IMG/VR virus record: IMGVR_UViG_3300001682_000073
Location: 1-41,475 of that record
Reading direction: 5' to 3' (one strand)
Length of the DNA stretch: 41,475 nucleotides
Source of the DNA: a virus
In this document: positions 1 to 7,135 of the stretch, piece by piece
How positions within the stretch are numbered: position 1 is the stretch's first letter
How the letters are laid out: every line of letters begins with the position of its first letter
The notes under the pieces: model-generated
Database searches by the model: none
Told to the model about the DNA's origin: nothing
Seen by the model: only the letters and a program-made list of their open reading frames with translations
Translations under genes and position numbers: made by a program

Positions 1-88
1 AAATTCGTACCACAGTTTGCCGATCTCAATGTCGCCGACTTTAAGGATTAATTGAATCCCTTTATCGTTTTTGAAGCCCTTAACAATA
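1..88. repeat. 88-bp terminal direct repeat, identical to 41388..41475 (circular closure or terminal redundancy of the contig)
   Basis: Base-by-base comparison: aaattcgtaccacag...cccttaacaata occurs at both window ends. Confidence 0.95.
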
Positions 89-141
89 CGGCATGATATT
101 ACGTTGTAAGCATCGTCAAACAGTTTAGTAAGTTCATGCAT
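1..141 (-). CDS. N-terminal 47 codons of a ~177-aa winged-helix-like protein that continues at 41387..40995 across the circular junction
   Basis: ATG at 141..139 (MHELTKLFDD...) with AGGCGGG RBS upstream. The frame stays open through position 1 and joins the 40995..41324 ORF in frame via the repeat. Confidence 0.6.
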   Translation of the reverse strand, partial: MHELTKLFDDAYNVISCRIVKGFKNDKGIQLILKVGDIEIGKLWYEF

Positions 142-180
142 CTTATACCCGCCTTTCGGTATAATGCCTTAGAAATAAGA

Positions 181-239
181 AAAGCCGTAACAGGCTGCAA
201 GGCTATCAGCTTTTCGGGAGCGACCCTATTTACGGCTTT
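181..239 (-). promoter_or_regulatory. Long-range 10-bp stem (AAAGCCGTAA / TTACGGCTTT) enclosing 39 nt; on the minus strand it is followed by TTTTCTTATTT, ~30 nt upstream of the ATG at 141
   Basis: Perfect inverted repeat 181..190 / 230..239. Its function is not established (terminator, attenuator or processing site). Confidence 0.3.
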
Positions 240-406
240 CATTTATTAAATTTCTTAGTATGCATATGCGAACTAAAAAAATTGACCTCAAACCCTTTTG
301 TCCGTAGGCTTTGAAGTCATTTTGGCTTGCAGTTGCTTTATATATAGTAAATCTTTGTGGTGACGTTGAAGCGAAAATTTTTCCCTGAAATTTGCTGAGA
401 ATTTGC

Positions 407-470
407 GAGGGGTAGTATACATACCCCCGCCCCAGGGGTCATTTTGGCCTGGGGGTACTACCCTCCCCCG
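407..470. other. GC-rich nested/alternative hairpin element in an otherwise AT-rich 450-bp non-coding region (candidate pac/cos-associated site or structured RNA)
   Basis: GGGGTA(409-414)/TACCCC(422-427); CCCCAGG(430-436)/CCTGGGG(448-454); GGGTAGTA(410-417) can alternatively pair with TACTACCC(456-463). Three GGGGT[AC] boxes. Confidence 0.4.
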
Positions 471-565
471 TCTTAACAAGCAACAAGCCGCTTGTCAGAT
501 AAGCATACATTATAGCGCTACAACCAGCACCACAAGCCACATACAGCCACACACAACACGTTACA

Positions 566-591
566 TTAGACAAAATTATAGCTTTGTCTAA
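566..591 (-). terminator. 9-bp hairpin (TTAGACAAA/TTTGTCTAA) directly 3' of the terS stop codon
   Basis: Perfect inverted repeat abutting the stop at 592..594. There is no clean U-run, so its terminator function is uncertain. Confidence 0.3.
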
Positions 592-1137
592 TTATGAATC
601 GGAAATTACCTTGAAATCCGCATCTGTAGCCGATTCCAGACGTTTTAATTCTTTCAGAACTTCCAGTCTTTTGGCCTCGAGATCGTCCAAGCTGTAGTTA
701 TTTTGCACAAGGGTTAAACTACTAACGTCCATTTTTGCGCTTTTGTACTCTGGATCGTTGTTTCTCAGGAACAGATCCGCAGCATTGACATCTGGCGGGA
801 TGTACTGCTCTTCCACCAGGTCCACTATTTCGCCGTCTTTTGTGGCTTTTTGCTTTAATAGTGTAACCTTTTCACCAGTAGCCTTTTGGAACATCTTATT
901 CATTACCAGGCGGTTGCGTTCCGTGCGTGCGCGCGTATACACCTCAGTTAATTCAGTATATTTCTCTTTATATTGAATCCAAGTATAATGAGCAATTCCT
1001 AAATTCTCAGCAATACTATAATCCGTATAACCTTGTTTCAACCATTCATATATTTTGTCAAGGTAAGGTTTAACATGGCTTTCATACTTACATGGCCGGC
1101 CAACTTCTCTTTTTTTGCTTACCACTATGTCTGCCAT
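592..1137 (-). CDS. terS: Terminase small subunit (HTH-type), 181 aa
   Basis: N-terminal KKREVGRPCKY plus HTH (YTDYSIAENLGIAHYTWIQY) typical of TerS, with a coiled-coil C-terminus. ATG at 1137 has a GAGGTGG RBS. Confidence 0.65.
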   Translation of the reverse strand: MADIVVSKKREVGRPCKYESHVKPYLDKIYEWLKQGYTDYSIAENLGIAHYTWIQYKEKYTELTEVYTRARTERNRLVMNKMFQKATGEKVTLLKQKATKDGEIVDLVEEQYIPPDVNAADLFLRNNDPEYKSAKMDVSSLTLVQNNYSLDDLEAKRLEVLKELKRLESATDADFKVISDS

Positions 1138-1161
1138 TTCCACCACCTCGCTTATATGTAA

Positions 1162-1189
1162 TAAAAAAAGAAGCCTTATTCAGACTTCT
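1162..1189 (-). terminator. Leader hairpin plus U-run between a candidate promoter and the terS start
   Basis: Minus strand reads AGAAGTC-tgaataa-GGCTTCT followed by TTTTTTTATT, ~25 nt upstream of the terS ATG. Confidence 0.4.
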
Positions 1190-1222
1190 TCGCTGTTATT
1201 TGCAGTATCGTCACTGCTAACA

Positions 1223-1238
1223 ATTATATTATATCATG
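1223..1238 (-). promoter_or_regulatory. Candidate extended -10 promoter (TGaTATAAT) upstream of terS
   Basis: Minus strand reads catgaTATAATATAAT. There is no good -35. Confidence 0.35.
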
Positions 1239-1374
1239 CTTGATTTTACCCCAAAAGCCTTTAAAATGCCTTGTTTTTGCCTTCTTTTTGGTTCTCATTT
1301 CAAATAACTGGGCGCAAAATCTGATTTGTAACATTTGCACTAATACTGTTAAATTTTTTGTTACTATTTACTAC

Positions 1375-1403
1375 TTGTAATCCTAAGCAGATTCGGTTAT
1401 ACT
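1375..1403 (+). promoter_or_regulatory. Sigma70-like promoter for the plus-strand island
   Basis: TTGTAA, 17-nt spacer, TATACT, located ~60 nt upstream of the ATG at 1463. Confidence 0.5.
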
Positions 1404-1462
1404 GTAAATGTCGGAAGGGCAAATAGCCCACGAACATAACGGGAGGATATTAGGAGGCGAAA

Positions 1463-1819
1463 ATGAATAAAGAAGAAATTGTCAGAGAATTTCTCTCAAA
1501 AGCCGGCAAAAAAGGCGGATCTGTGAAGTCCGAACGCAAAGCCCAAGCATCAAGGGAAAATGGTAAAAAAGGTGGTAGGCCGAAGTCAAAACATAAGAAT
1601 GGAGGATTCAAAATGAAAAAGGTATTAAAAAATGTTGAAATTGCTGACAAAGTTGTTAAGGAATTAGAAAAGAAAGGTTATGAAGTAAGTTATGAAAAAG
1701 TATTAGATTTGATTGACTTATCAAGAGGCCCGATTGCAGAAAAAAACGAAGAAGTGAACATTGCAGACTATGTCGAAGCGTTTGAGACTATCGAGCAAGA
1801 AAAAGAATTTAACAGATAA
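1463..1819 (+). CDS. Hypothetical protein with a basic KGG-type N-terminus (KKGGSVKSERKAQASRENGKKGGRPK); a possible internal start at 1613 has its own GGAGG
   Basis: AGGAGG RBS before 1463. The KGG/GRPK motif resembles stress-type KGG repeats. The gene lies on the opposite strand to its neighbours. Confidence 0.5.
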   Translation: MNKEEIVREFLSKAGKKGGSVKSERKAQASRENGKKGGRPKSKHKNGGFKMKKVLKNVEIADKVVKELEKKGYEVSYEKVLDLIDLSRGPIAEKNEEVNIADYVEAFETIEQEKEFNR

Positions 1820-1890
1820 TGCAGAGTGACGGGGCATTGCCCCGGTAATGCGGCGGCCCGGTCACAAGTCCGGGAGAAGGGAGGAAAGTA

Positions 1891-2139
1891 ATGATAACAC
1901 AGGCAACGTATAATTTAAGCGTTTCTTATTTAAAATCGCAACTTGATAAAATTCGGCAGTCCGAAAATTTAAACTACTTATGGGGTATCGCTCTTGAGCT
2001 TAATAGCAACAAAGTATTATCAAACGCAAAACTCCAAATTATTAGTAATCACTTATATAACCTAAAACAACGCAGGAATAGCAAAAGATTGGCGACTGTA
2101 AAAGAAATGCTTATCAGTTCAATCCAAACAATAGAATAA
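1891..2139 (+). CDS. Hypothetical protein, 82 aa
   Basis: GGGAGG RBS ~7 nt upstream, followed by a hairpin. Confidence 0.5.
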   Translation: MITQATYNLSVSYLKSQLDKIRQSENLNYLWGIALELNSNKVLSNAKLQIISNHLYNLKQRRNSKRLATVKEMLISSIQTIE

Positions 2140-2241
2140 CCCTGCTCACTCGCCAAAGTATCACAGGGTTATAACAGCACAAGGCCGTCAGTAAAATTAT
2201 ACTGCTGGCGGCCTCCTAAATCAAGAATGGAGGATATGAAA

Positions 2242-2634
2242 ATGTCAGTAATGATTATTAACGATCGGATTTATAGCAAGGTTGCAAGCTCAATTAATTT
2301 TATGCTCGACAATAACAAAGTCCATTGTTACCCGTATAATTACAAAATTGCTCCGATTGATCGCCGGAAAATGGTTAATCATGAAATCGCACAGCTCAGG
2401 CAACAGAATTATATTTCTTACGATGAAAGATATAATGATGACAGTCAGATTGACGAAATGGTGTTTCATGACGAAATGCCGTTGCCACCAATTCAACTTT
2501 ACAAGTATTTGCAAGCTATCCTATATAATATCGAAACTAATTACACAAGCCCATTTATAGACAAGTTTATGAAAGGATTAGCGAATAAAATAATAAACAA
2601 TTTGCCTGAGTATCAATCAGCACAATGGGCATGA
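2242..2634 (+). CDS. Hypothetical protein, ~130 aa (alternative starts at 2227 and 2236)
   Basis: GGAGGA at 2229..2234 is best spaced for the ATG at 2242. The ORF ends at the bidirectional terminator. Confidence 0.5.
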   Translation: MSVMIINDRIYSKVASSINFMLDNNKVHCYPYNYKIAPIDRRKMVNHEIAQLRQQNYISYDERYNDDSQIDEMVFHDEMPLPPIQLYKYLQAILYNIETNYTSPFIDKFMKGLANKIINNLPEYQSAQWA

Positions 2635-2644
2635 TTGGAGAGTT

Positions 2645-2683
2645 TATAAAGCCCGGCGCTAAGCCGGGCATAATATTTTTTCC
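2645..2683. terminator. Bidirectional intrinsic terminator between convergent genes
   Basis: GCCCGGC-gctaa-GCCGGGC (2651..2669) with T-rich flanks on both strands. The stop codon of the minus-strand gene lies in the loop. Confidence 0.7.
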
Positions 2684-3138
2684 ATCTTTTCTAATGCAGC
2701 TTTTTTCTTTTTTCGCAACGGTTCTCGACTAATGTAATTTCCGAATTCTTTTCTGTACTTGTCCGCAACCATGCGCCAAGTCAATTTCTCGAAATAGAAT
2801 TGTTCGATTACAAATCTTTCTTCTGCCCCCAGTCCTATAAGATAGGCTTCCACTTCCTCGATCCTGAGTTTCAATTCCATTCGTTCCCGGGCCAGATCCC
2901 AGAGTTGATCCTTCAGTCTGTTCACTTTCTCCCGTTTGGCTTCTTCCTCCAAGACAATATTTTCAACAGGGCTGGATACTTTATTGGTCTTGCTTGGCGG
3001 GATTTTACTGTAACTATATGCTGATATGTACGATGGTTCTAAGACTTGGATCTCGGATTCTATTTGCTTCATGCTGCATTCGATCAGTTTGTACTTACTT
3101 AGATTGCTTTTGTATTCTCGTAACTTTTGTTCTATCAT
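2659..3138 (-). CDS. Sigma-70 region-4-like / ArpU-RinA-type late transcriptional regulator
   Basis: C-terminus ERFVIEQFYFEKLTWRMVADKYRKEFGNYISREPLRKKKKAALEKM resembles sigma region 4. The ~160-aa size and position before the packaging genes fit this family. Confidence 0.5.
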   Translation of the reverse strand: MIEQKLREYKSNLSKYKLIECSMKQIESEIQVLEPSYISAYSYSKIPPSKTNKVSSPVENIVLEEEAKREKVNRLKDQLWDLARERMELKLRIEEVEAYLIGLGAEERFVIEQFYFEKLTWRMVADKYRKEFGNYISREPLRKKKKAALEKMEKILCPA

Positions 3139-3614
3139 GTGTACCTCCTTTCACTCCTTTTCAGTGAATCCAGATATGTAACGCCTACGGCATAGGCAGA
3201 CCAAATATCAGCTTTGAAACCATAAAACCAGCCTGGATTTTTCTTCGTTCCGACTTCGCCGAATCGGTCAATAAGTGCCTGCCTGATATTTGCGTCCTTT
3301 GCCCGGGAATCTTGGCAAATGTTGAGTTTTACGTCTTTGCGGTAGACTTTTGAGACTTCATATCGTTTTTGTTTGGCTCTTTCGATGAATCGCCCAATCC
3401 ATAGACAGGTTTCAAAAACCTCTGCACCGACTGGCATACCGTATGATGCAACCATTTCGATGGCGACTTTCTGCACTCCGATGATGTCAGCGTTGTCTAT
3501 TATAGGTATCAGTTCTTCGTTCTTCACTTTGCCGATCTCAAAGGGTTTCATATCTTCGTCAATGATTACATAAGCCGATTCAATATTTCCAGGATCAATA
3601 GCAAGTATCTTCAT
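3135..3614 (-). CDS. RuvC-like Holliday junction resolvase
   Basis: MKILAIDPG start motif (first catalytic Asp), AIEMV with an internal Glu, and a C-terminal DANIRQALID region. GGGAGAGG RBS before 3614. Confidence 0.65.
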   Translation of the reverse strand: MKILAIDPGNIESAYVIIDEDMKPFEIGKVKNEELIPIIDNADIIGVQKVAIEMVASYGMPVGAEVFETCLWIGRFIERAKQKRYEVSKVYRKDVKLNICQDSRAKDANIRQALIDRFGEVGTKKNPGWFYGFKADIWSAYAVGVTYLDSLKRSERRYT

Positions 3615-3748
3615 TCGTGCCTCTCCCTTCCAAACACCTGTTCTTTTAGCTGAACCCTGTCTATTTTGGCTCAAGAATAATTTTTATTGCTTGGGAATAT
3701 TATTTGACGTTTAAATATAAAAATCGATTCTGGGGCAAAATAGATGGT

Positions 3749-3934
3749 TTACGACATTACTCTCCTTATAAGTGGCTGACCGTGCATCTTGCGGCGGTTG
3801 TTCGTGTCCTTTATATCCGATATATTCTGCATTCGTATGTATTTAGCGAGTTTCTTGCGACGTTCCCACCAAGCAAATGTTTTATACTTCCAATCAGTAA
3901 CCCATCGTTTCCTATTCGTCTTTACTGCTCCCAT
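3749..3934 (-). CDS. Small basic hypothetical protein (61 aa)
   Basis: ATG at 3934 is preceded by GAGGAAGG. Its strand is consistent with the operon. Confidence 0.35.
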   Translation of the reverse strand: MGAVKTNRKRWVTDWKYKTFAWWERRKKLAKYIRMQNISDIKDTNNRRKMHGQPLIRRVMS

Positions 3935-4084
3935 CCTCAGCACCTTCCTCTACTTGACTTATTAGCATCTGCATAATATCGGGGTCATAATCATCATCTT
4001 CATAGTCTGCGCTGTGGTACAGTTCGGATAAGTAACTCGCCATTTCTTCTATGCTCATGGTTTTAAATTTCTCATACAACGTCA
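3911..4084 (-). CDS. Small acidic hypothetical protein (57 aa); not in the ORF track because it is under 60 aa
   Basis: Hand translation gives MTLYEKFKTMSIEEMASYLSELYHSADYEDDDYDPDIMQ.... Its ATG overlaps the upstream stop (ATGA). Confidence 0.4.
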
Positions 4085-4282
4085 TTCCTCACTCACCCTT
4101 TCAATCACTTCATCCATCGGCTCTGTTCCATCAACTTCCAAAAATAAGGCTGCCATGTCTGATATGAAATTAAATGCTTTTTGCTTGTGTACGATTCGCT
4201 TTTTAGTATCTACAACAACAACTGCAAAAGCTCCGTTTTCGTCAAATGTGTTTAGGTATTCTTTTAGGTCTTTAATCTTCAT
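4082..4282 (-). CDS. Hypothetical protein (66 aa from MKIKDL)
   Basis: GGAGGAGG RBS before the ATG at 4282. Confidence 0.5.
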   Translation of the reverse strand: MKIKDLKEYLNTFDENGAFAVVVVDTKKRIVHKQKAFNFISDMAALFLEVDGTEPMDEVIERVSEE

Positions 4283-4811
4283 CGTTCCTCCTCCTATGCT
4301 CGCATACTGGGGTACACTCGGCACACGGTAGTTTTGTTGTGTTGCAGGTGCTACCGTACGCTATTTCGCCCATCTTGGTCATGTGGTCATGCTTGCCGGT
4401 GTCCTCGCCACCTCCTAACAGGGCATCAATAGTCTTAACGGCCTTGTGTGCCACATCTGCTGTCCAGAATAATTGGTTCTTCTCACTTGACGCTATTTCT
4501 TCGCATGTTTTAAGTGCTTTCCTTGCCTGTTTCAGCACCGCATCATATTGCATTATCCGTCCGGCCTGCTCGTCTTTGTCGGCTAATAGCCCTGCTATAT
4601 GGTCTGCATCACATTTGGCATTGTATTTCCAGTCGTCAAGCACTTTATTTAGCCGTTCTATCTCCTGCTGCAAGGCTTCGATGGTGTCAAGAAAATTTTT
4701 GATTAACCCACTGCTTACTACAACATTGTTTTCTCCAAAATCCTTAATATTGTCTTCGAAGTTTTCTTGTAATTTTTTTATTTGCTCATCACTCAACCTC
4801 ACGTCATTCAA
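4272..4811 (-). CDS. Coiled-coil hypothetical protein with a Cys-rich C-terminus
   Basis: Long ORF whose start overlaps the upstream stop. C-terminus reads CNTTKLPCAECTPVCEH. Confidence 0.55.
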   Translation of the reverse strand: MNDVRLSDEQIKKLQENFEDNIKDFGENNVVVSSGLIKNFLDTIEALQQEIERLNKVLDDWKYNAKCDADHIAGLLADKDEQAGRIMQYDAVLKQARKALKTCEEIASSEKNQLFWTADVAHKAVKTIDALLGGGEDTGKHDHMTKMGEIAYGSTCNTTKLPCAECTPVCEHRRRNDED

Positions 4812-5061
4812 CCTCCTTCTCTATCCCATTTATTTCATCAAGCCATTTATCACAACAATCAATGCATATATAACATGACACAGGTTGACCATCCATAAAT
4901 CCTGTTTCTCGTAATGCGTTTTCGCCTGGTTTAATCTCTTTCTGGCAATCAACGCATTTATGCGGCTTTCGGGTCTTTACTATCTTTTGTTGATGATTAA
5001 CAATTTCATCATCTGGCGGGTAAAAATCAGTTTGTTCATATTCGCTTATTGGATATTTCAT
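4804..5061 (-). CDS. Small zinc-ribbon protein (KTRKPHKC family, paralog of 5573..5974)
   Basis: KTRKPHKCVDCQKEIKPGE...CYICIDCC. The ATGA start overlaps the upstream stop. Confidence 0.6.
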   Translation of the reverse strand: MKYPISEYEQTDFYPPDDEIVNHQQKIVKTRKPHKCVDCQKEIKPGENALRETGFMDGQPVSCYICIDCCDKWLDEINGIEKEVE

Positions 5062-5246
5062 GGCTCAACCTCCAATCTTCTTCCACACATGGGGCAATAG
5101 TTTATTTCTAAGTATTCTTCATCACCTGAGATAGTGTTGATAATAAGATATTTGCATTCCTCTCCGTACTCATTTAGCCCAGTGCCTATTGATATTGATT
5201 CGCTTTCTTCGTCACAGAAAGCACATCTCTTTATCTTATTCCTCAT
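5058..5246 (-). CDS. Small zinc-ribbon protein ending ...CPMCGRRLEVEP
   Basis: CAFC...CPMC motifs with conserved junction sequences at both ends. Confidence 0.6.
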   Translation of the reverse strand: MRNKIKRCAFCDEESESISIGTGLNEYGEECKYLIINTISGDEEYLEINYCPMCGRRLEVEP

Positions 5247-5554
5247 GGCTCAACCTCCTTCCCCTCCACCAGTTTCAGCGGGCAATATTTATGTCTGCCT
5301 TCTTCAGGGCAATAATGTTTTGTAACCTCACAAGCTATAACGTTATCCCGTATACGCCAACTGCAAGGACATTTTCTGCAACTCTCCGGCATCTCCAACT
5401 CCAATATTGCTTTAGGCATCGTGTTCGACCTCACTTTCCTTTTCAGCATCTGGCCCTTCTCCACATTCTTTCGCACATAATTTGGAATTAGGAATAAGGT
5501 ATACACATTCGCTGCCTGATACATAGCATTGATATCTCCCAGTATCTTCGTCAA
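5243..5554 (-). CDS. Small Cys-rich protein ending ...EVEP (start uncertain; internal ATGs have better RBS)
   Basis: CRKCPC...C...YCP...YCP motifs. The 3' end carries the conserved junction 16-mer. Confidence 0.5.
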   Translation of the reverse strand: MTKILGDINAMYQAANVYTLFLIPNYVRKNVEKGQMLKRKVRSNTMPKAILELEMPESCRKCPCSWRIRDNVIACEVTKHYCPEEGRHKYCPLKLVEGKEVEP

Positions 5555-5572
5555 ACTTTGCGCATTTACAAC

Positions 5573-5974
5573 TCATCCTTCCTCACCCTCGCTTTCCCTG
5601 ATTACCGGGCACTTAACCCGCCATACTTCCTTGTCTGTGTCGTATGAGTAAAATACAAAGTAATCGCCATCTGCTTTGCCGTATACTGTTATGGATCCGT
5701 ATTTATCCCTATAAGACTCAAGCTCTTTCCAGAAAATATCTTCTTTCAAGCAATCCCAAAAATCTAATATTTCATTATCCCAAGTATCTACCAAACGGCT
5801 TTCATGGTCTTCACACCAATTGCAAGCATACGAGTTTTGAAAATCGCCTTCATATAATCCCGCCCAATTATATATGTTTGGCGACCCTGCTGGGATTGTG
5901 CGCCCGCAGAATACGCACTTGTGCGGTTTTCTTGTCTTTTTGATATGTTTTTCTTCGCAAAAAGCCCAACCCAT
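5573..5974 (-). CDS. Zinc-ribbon protein (KTRKPHKC family), 133 aa
   Basis: KKTRKPHKCVFCGRTIPAGS...ACNWCEDH, a paralogous motif to 4804..5061. Confidence 0.6.
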   Translation of the reverse strand: MGWAFCEEKHIKKTRKPHKCVFCGRTIPAGSPNIYNWAGLYEGDFQNSYACNWCEDHESRLVDTWDNEILDFWDCLKEDIFWKELESYRDKYGSITVYGKADGDYFVFYSYDTDKEVWRVKCPVIRESEGEEG

Positions 5975-6108
5975 TATTTTTCAACCTCGCTTTCCTTCTC
6001 TGTTTCCTTTGGTGGTTTTCCCTTTTCAAATTCAGGGCATATTCCTTCGCCATGGCAAAAATCATATCCACACGATTTATGCCATTTACATTTTTTGTCG
6101 TAATTCAT
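5974..6108 (-). CDS. 44-aa Cys/His-rich mini-protein (MNYDKKCKWHKSCGYDFCHGEGICPEF...ESEVEK); preferred over the track ORF 5868..6071
   Basis: Hand translation. The ATG overlaps the upstream stop (ATGA) and the stop overlaps the downstream ATG. It shares the ESEVE 3' module. Confidence 0.5.
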   Translation of the reverse strand: MNYDKKCKWHKSCGYDFCHGEGICPEFEKGKPPKETEKESEVEK

Positions 6109-6371
6109 CCTTCCTCAACCTCGCTTTCCTTCAACAGTGCCGCAAGCTTGCAACCATCTTTGTGTTTATACAGCCAAGGTCTATTGATTTTGCAAAAAGG
6201 ACAATGTGACAAATGTTTTATCACTTCCTCCAGCATCTCCCTGTACGTAAGGGCGGTGCGGGCTATTTCTATCCCACAATATTCACATGGCACATAATCA
6301 TGTTTGCACACTTCAACTCTTTCACATTTCGTTATCTCTTCCAATTCCCTTTTGCTCAGTATTTCAGGCAT
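6105..6371 (-). CDS. Small Cys-rich protein ending ...ESEVEEG
   Basis: CEYC...CPFC motifs and a conserved 3' junction. Confidence 0.6.
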   Translation of the reverse strand: MPEILSKRELEEITKCERVEVCKHDYVPCEYCGIEIARTALTYREMLEEVIKHLSHCPFCKINRPWLYKHKDGCKLAALLKESEVEEG

Positions 6372-6379
6372 ATCCTCAC

Positions 6380-6517
6380 CTATCCTTCCTGTTCGTCAGT
6401 GTATTTTCTGTTTTTCCAGTAATGAGCCTCTAATATTTCTATTTCTTCCTCAGTAAACAGAACGGTTAGAAGCCAATTAATAATATTAAATAAACCTTTC
6501 GCTATAAACTTTTTCAT
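6380..6517 (-). CDS. 45-aa hypothetical protein (MKKFIAKGLFNIINWLLTVLF...), hydrophobic N-terminus
   Basis: Hand translation. The ATG overlaps the upstream stop (ATGA). Confidence 0.4.
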   Translation of the reverse strand: MKKFIAKGLFNIINWLLTVLFTEEEIEILEAHYWKNRKYTDEQEG

Positions 6518-6789
6518 GGCTCAACCTCCATTTTTGCGCCGCAGAATGGGCAATATTTAAACCTTGACAAGTTTTCGCCTTCTGATAGCCCCATTGAAAT
6601 ATTGCAAGCAGAACAAGTTCTAAAATTTTCATTAATTCCGTGCGTCCACTTCCCGCGCTTTATCTCGATTGCGGGAATATTTTTAATAAGCATACAAATC
6701 CAATCTATAGCAAGTGATAGCATTGTACCTTCTTTCCATGGCTGTTTTTGTATTTCCTTTATCACTACATCAGCATCAATTAATCTCAT
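6514..6789 (-). CDS. MRLIDAD-type protein with a C-terminal zinc ribbon (...CSAC...YCPFCGAKMEVEP)
   Basis: Motifs read from the translation. GGGAGGGAAACGGC ATG RBS. Confidence 0.6.
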   Translation of the reverse strand: MRLIDADVVIKEIQKQPWKEGTMLSLAIDWICMLIKNIPAIEIKRGKWTHGINENFRTCSACNISMGLSEGENLSRFKYCPFCGAKMEVEP

Positions 6790-6857
6790 GCCGTTTCCCT
6801 CCCATTATTTTTATATTGCGAATTAGCCCCAATGCCCATTACGCTTTAAAATCTCAA

Positions 6858-7130
6858 CTACTTCTGGGGCATATTTTTCATCATAATTAATGCTCTGTTC
6901 TTCTCCCATTCTTCATGCCATTGGTTAAGCATTCTTTCGTATTCTGAAAGTTCAACGTACCTTTTGCCGTTTTTAAAATCATAAATCCCGTTGCTTGGGC
7001 AATCAAAATATTGGCAAAAACAAAGTCTGTCTGTTTTTTTGTGATAGTTTCCCTCTGGACACTTTTTGTAAAGAAACGGGAGAAATTTAAACATTAACCT
7101 CTGTGCTTTTGTCGTTGCTCCACTTGACAT
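6858..7130 (-). CDS. Cys-rich hypothetical protein
   Basis: AAGGAG lies 8 nt before the ATG at 7130. The track start at 7139 is a GTG. Confidence 0.5.
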   Translation of the reverse strand: MSSGATTKAQRLMFKFLPFLYKKCPEGNYHKKTDRLCFCQYFDCPSNGIYDFKNGKRYVELSEYERMLNQWHEEWEKNRALIMMKNMPQK

Positions 7131-7135
7131 CTCTT

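Noticed and set aside
181-239. Riboswitch (purine-type three-way junction) in the 10-bp-stem element
   Set aside because: The internal helices are only 3-4 bp, and the conserved junction and loop nucleotides of the riboswitch classes I know are absent.
407-470. G-quadruplex on the minus strand (GGGGG-A-GGG ... GGGG-C-GGGGG)
   Set aside because: The central loop would be ~28 nt, and the same bases form stable Watson-Crick hairpins. Duplex and hairpin structures are the more economical explanation.
288-591. Track ORFs 288..479 (-) and 403..591 (+) in the terS-downstream gap
   Set aside because: They have no Shine-Dalgarno sequence. They overlap each other and the GC-rich hairpins, and their translations are low-complexity (P/G/T/H-rich). 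They are better explained as non-coding structured DNA or RNA.
4339-4878. Long plus-strand ORFs opposite minus-strand genes (e.g. 4339..4878, 12783..13190, 24159..24563, 28141..28557, 36386..36901)
   Set aside because: These are antisense shadow ORFs. They lack an RBS, are rich in Ser/Leu/Cys/Phe, and are fully nested in well-supported minus-strand genes.
5868-6071. Track ORF MDMIFAMAKEYALNLKRENHQ... (67 aa, minus strand)
   Set aside because: It has no RBS and is out of phase with the stop/start coupling of its neighbours. The alternative frame at 5974..6108 has ATGA coupling at the 5' end, stop-start overlap at the 3' end, and shares the conserved ESEVE junction module.
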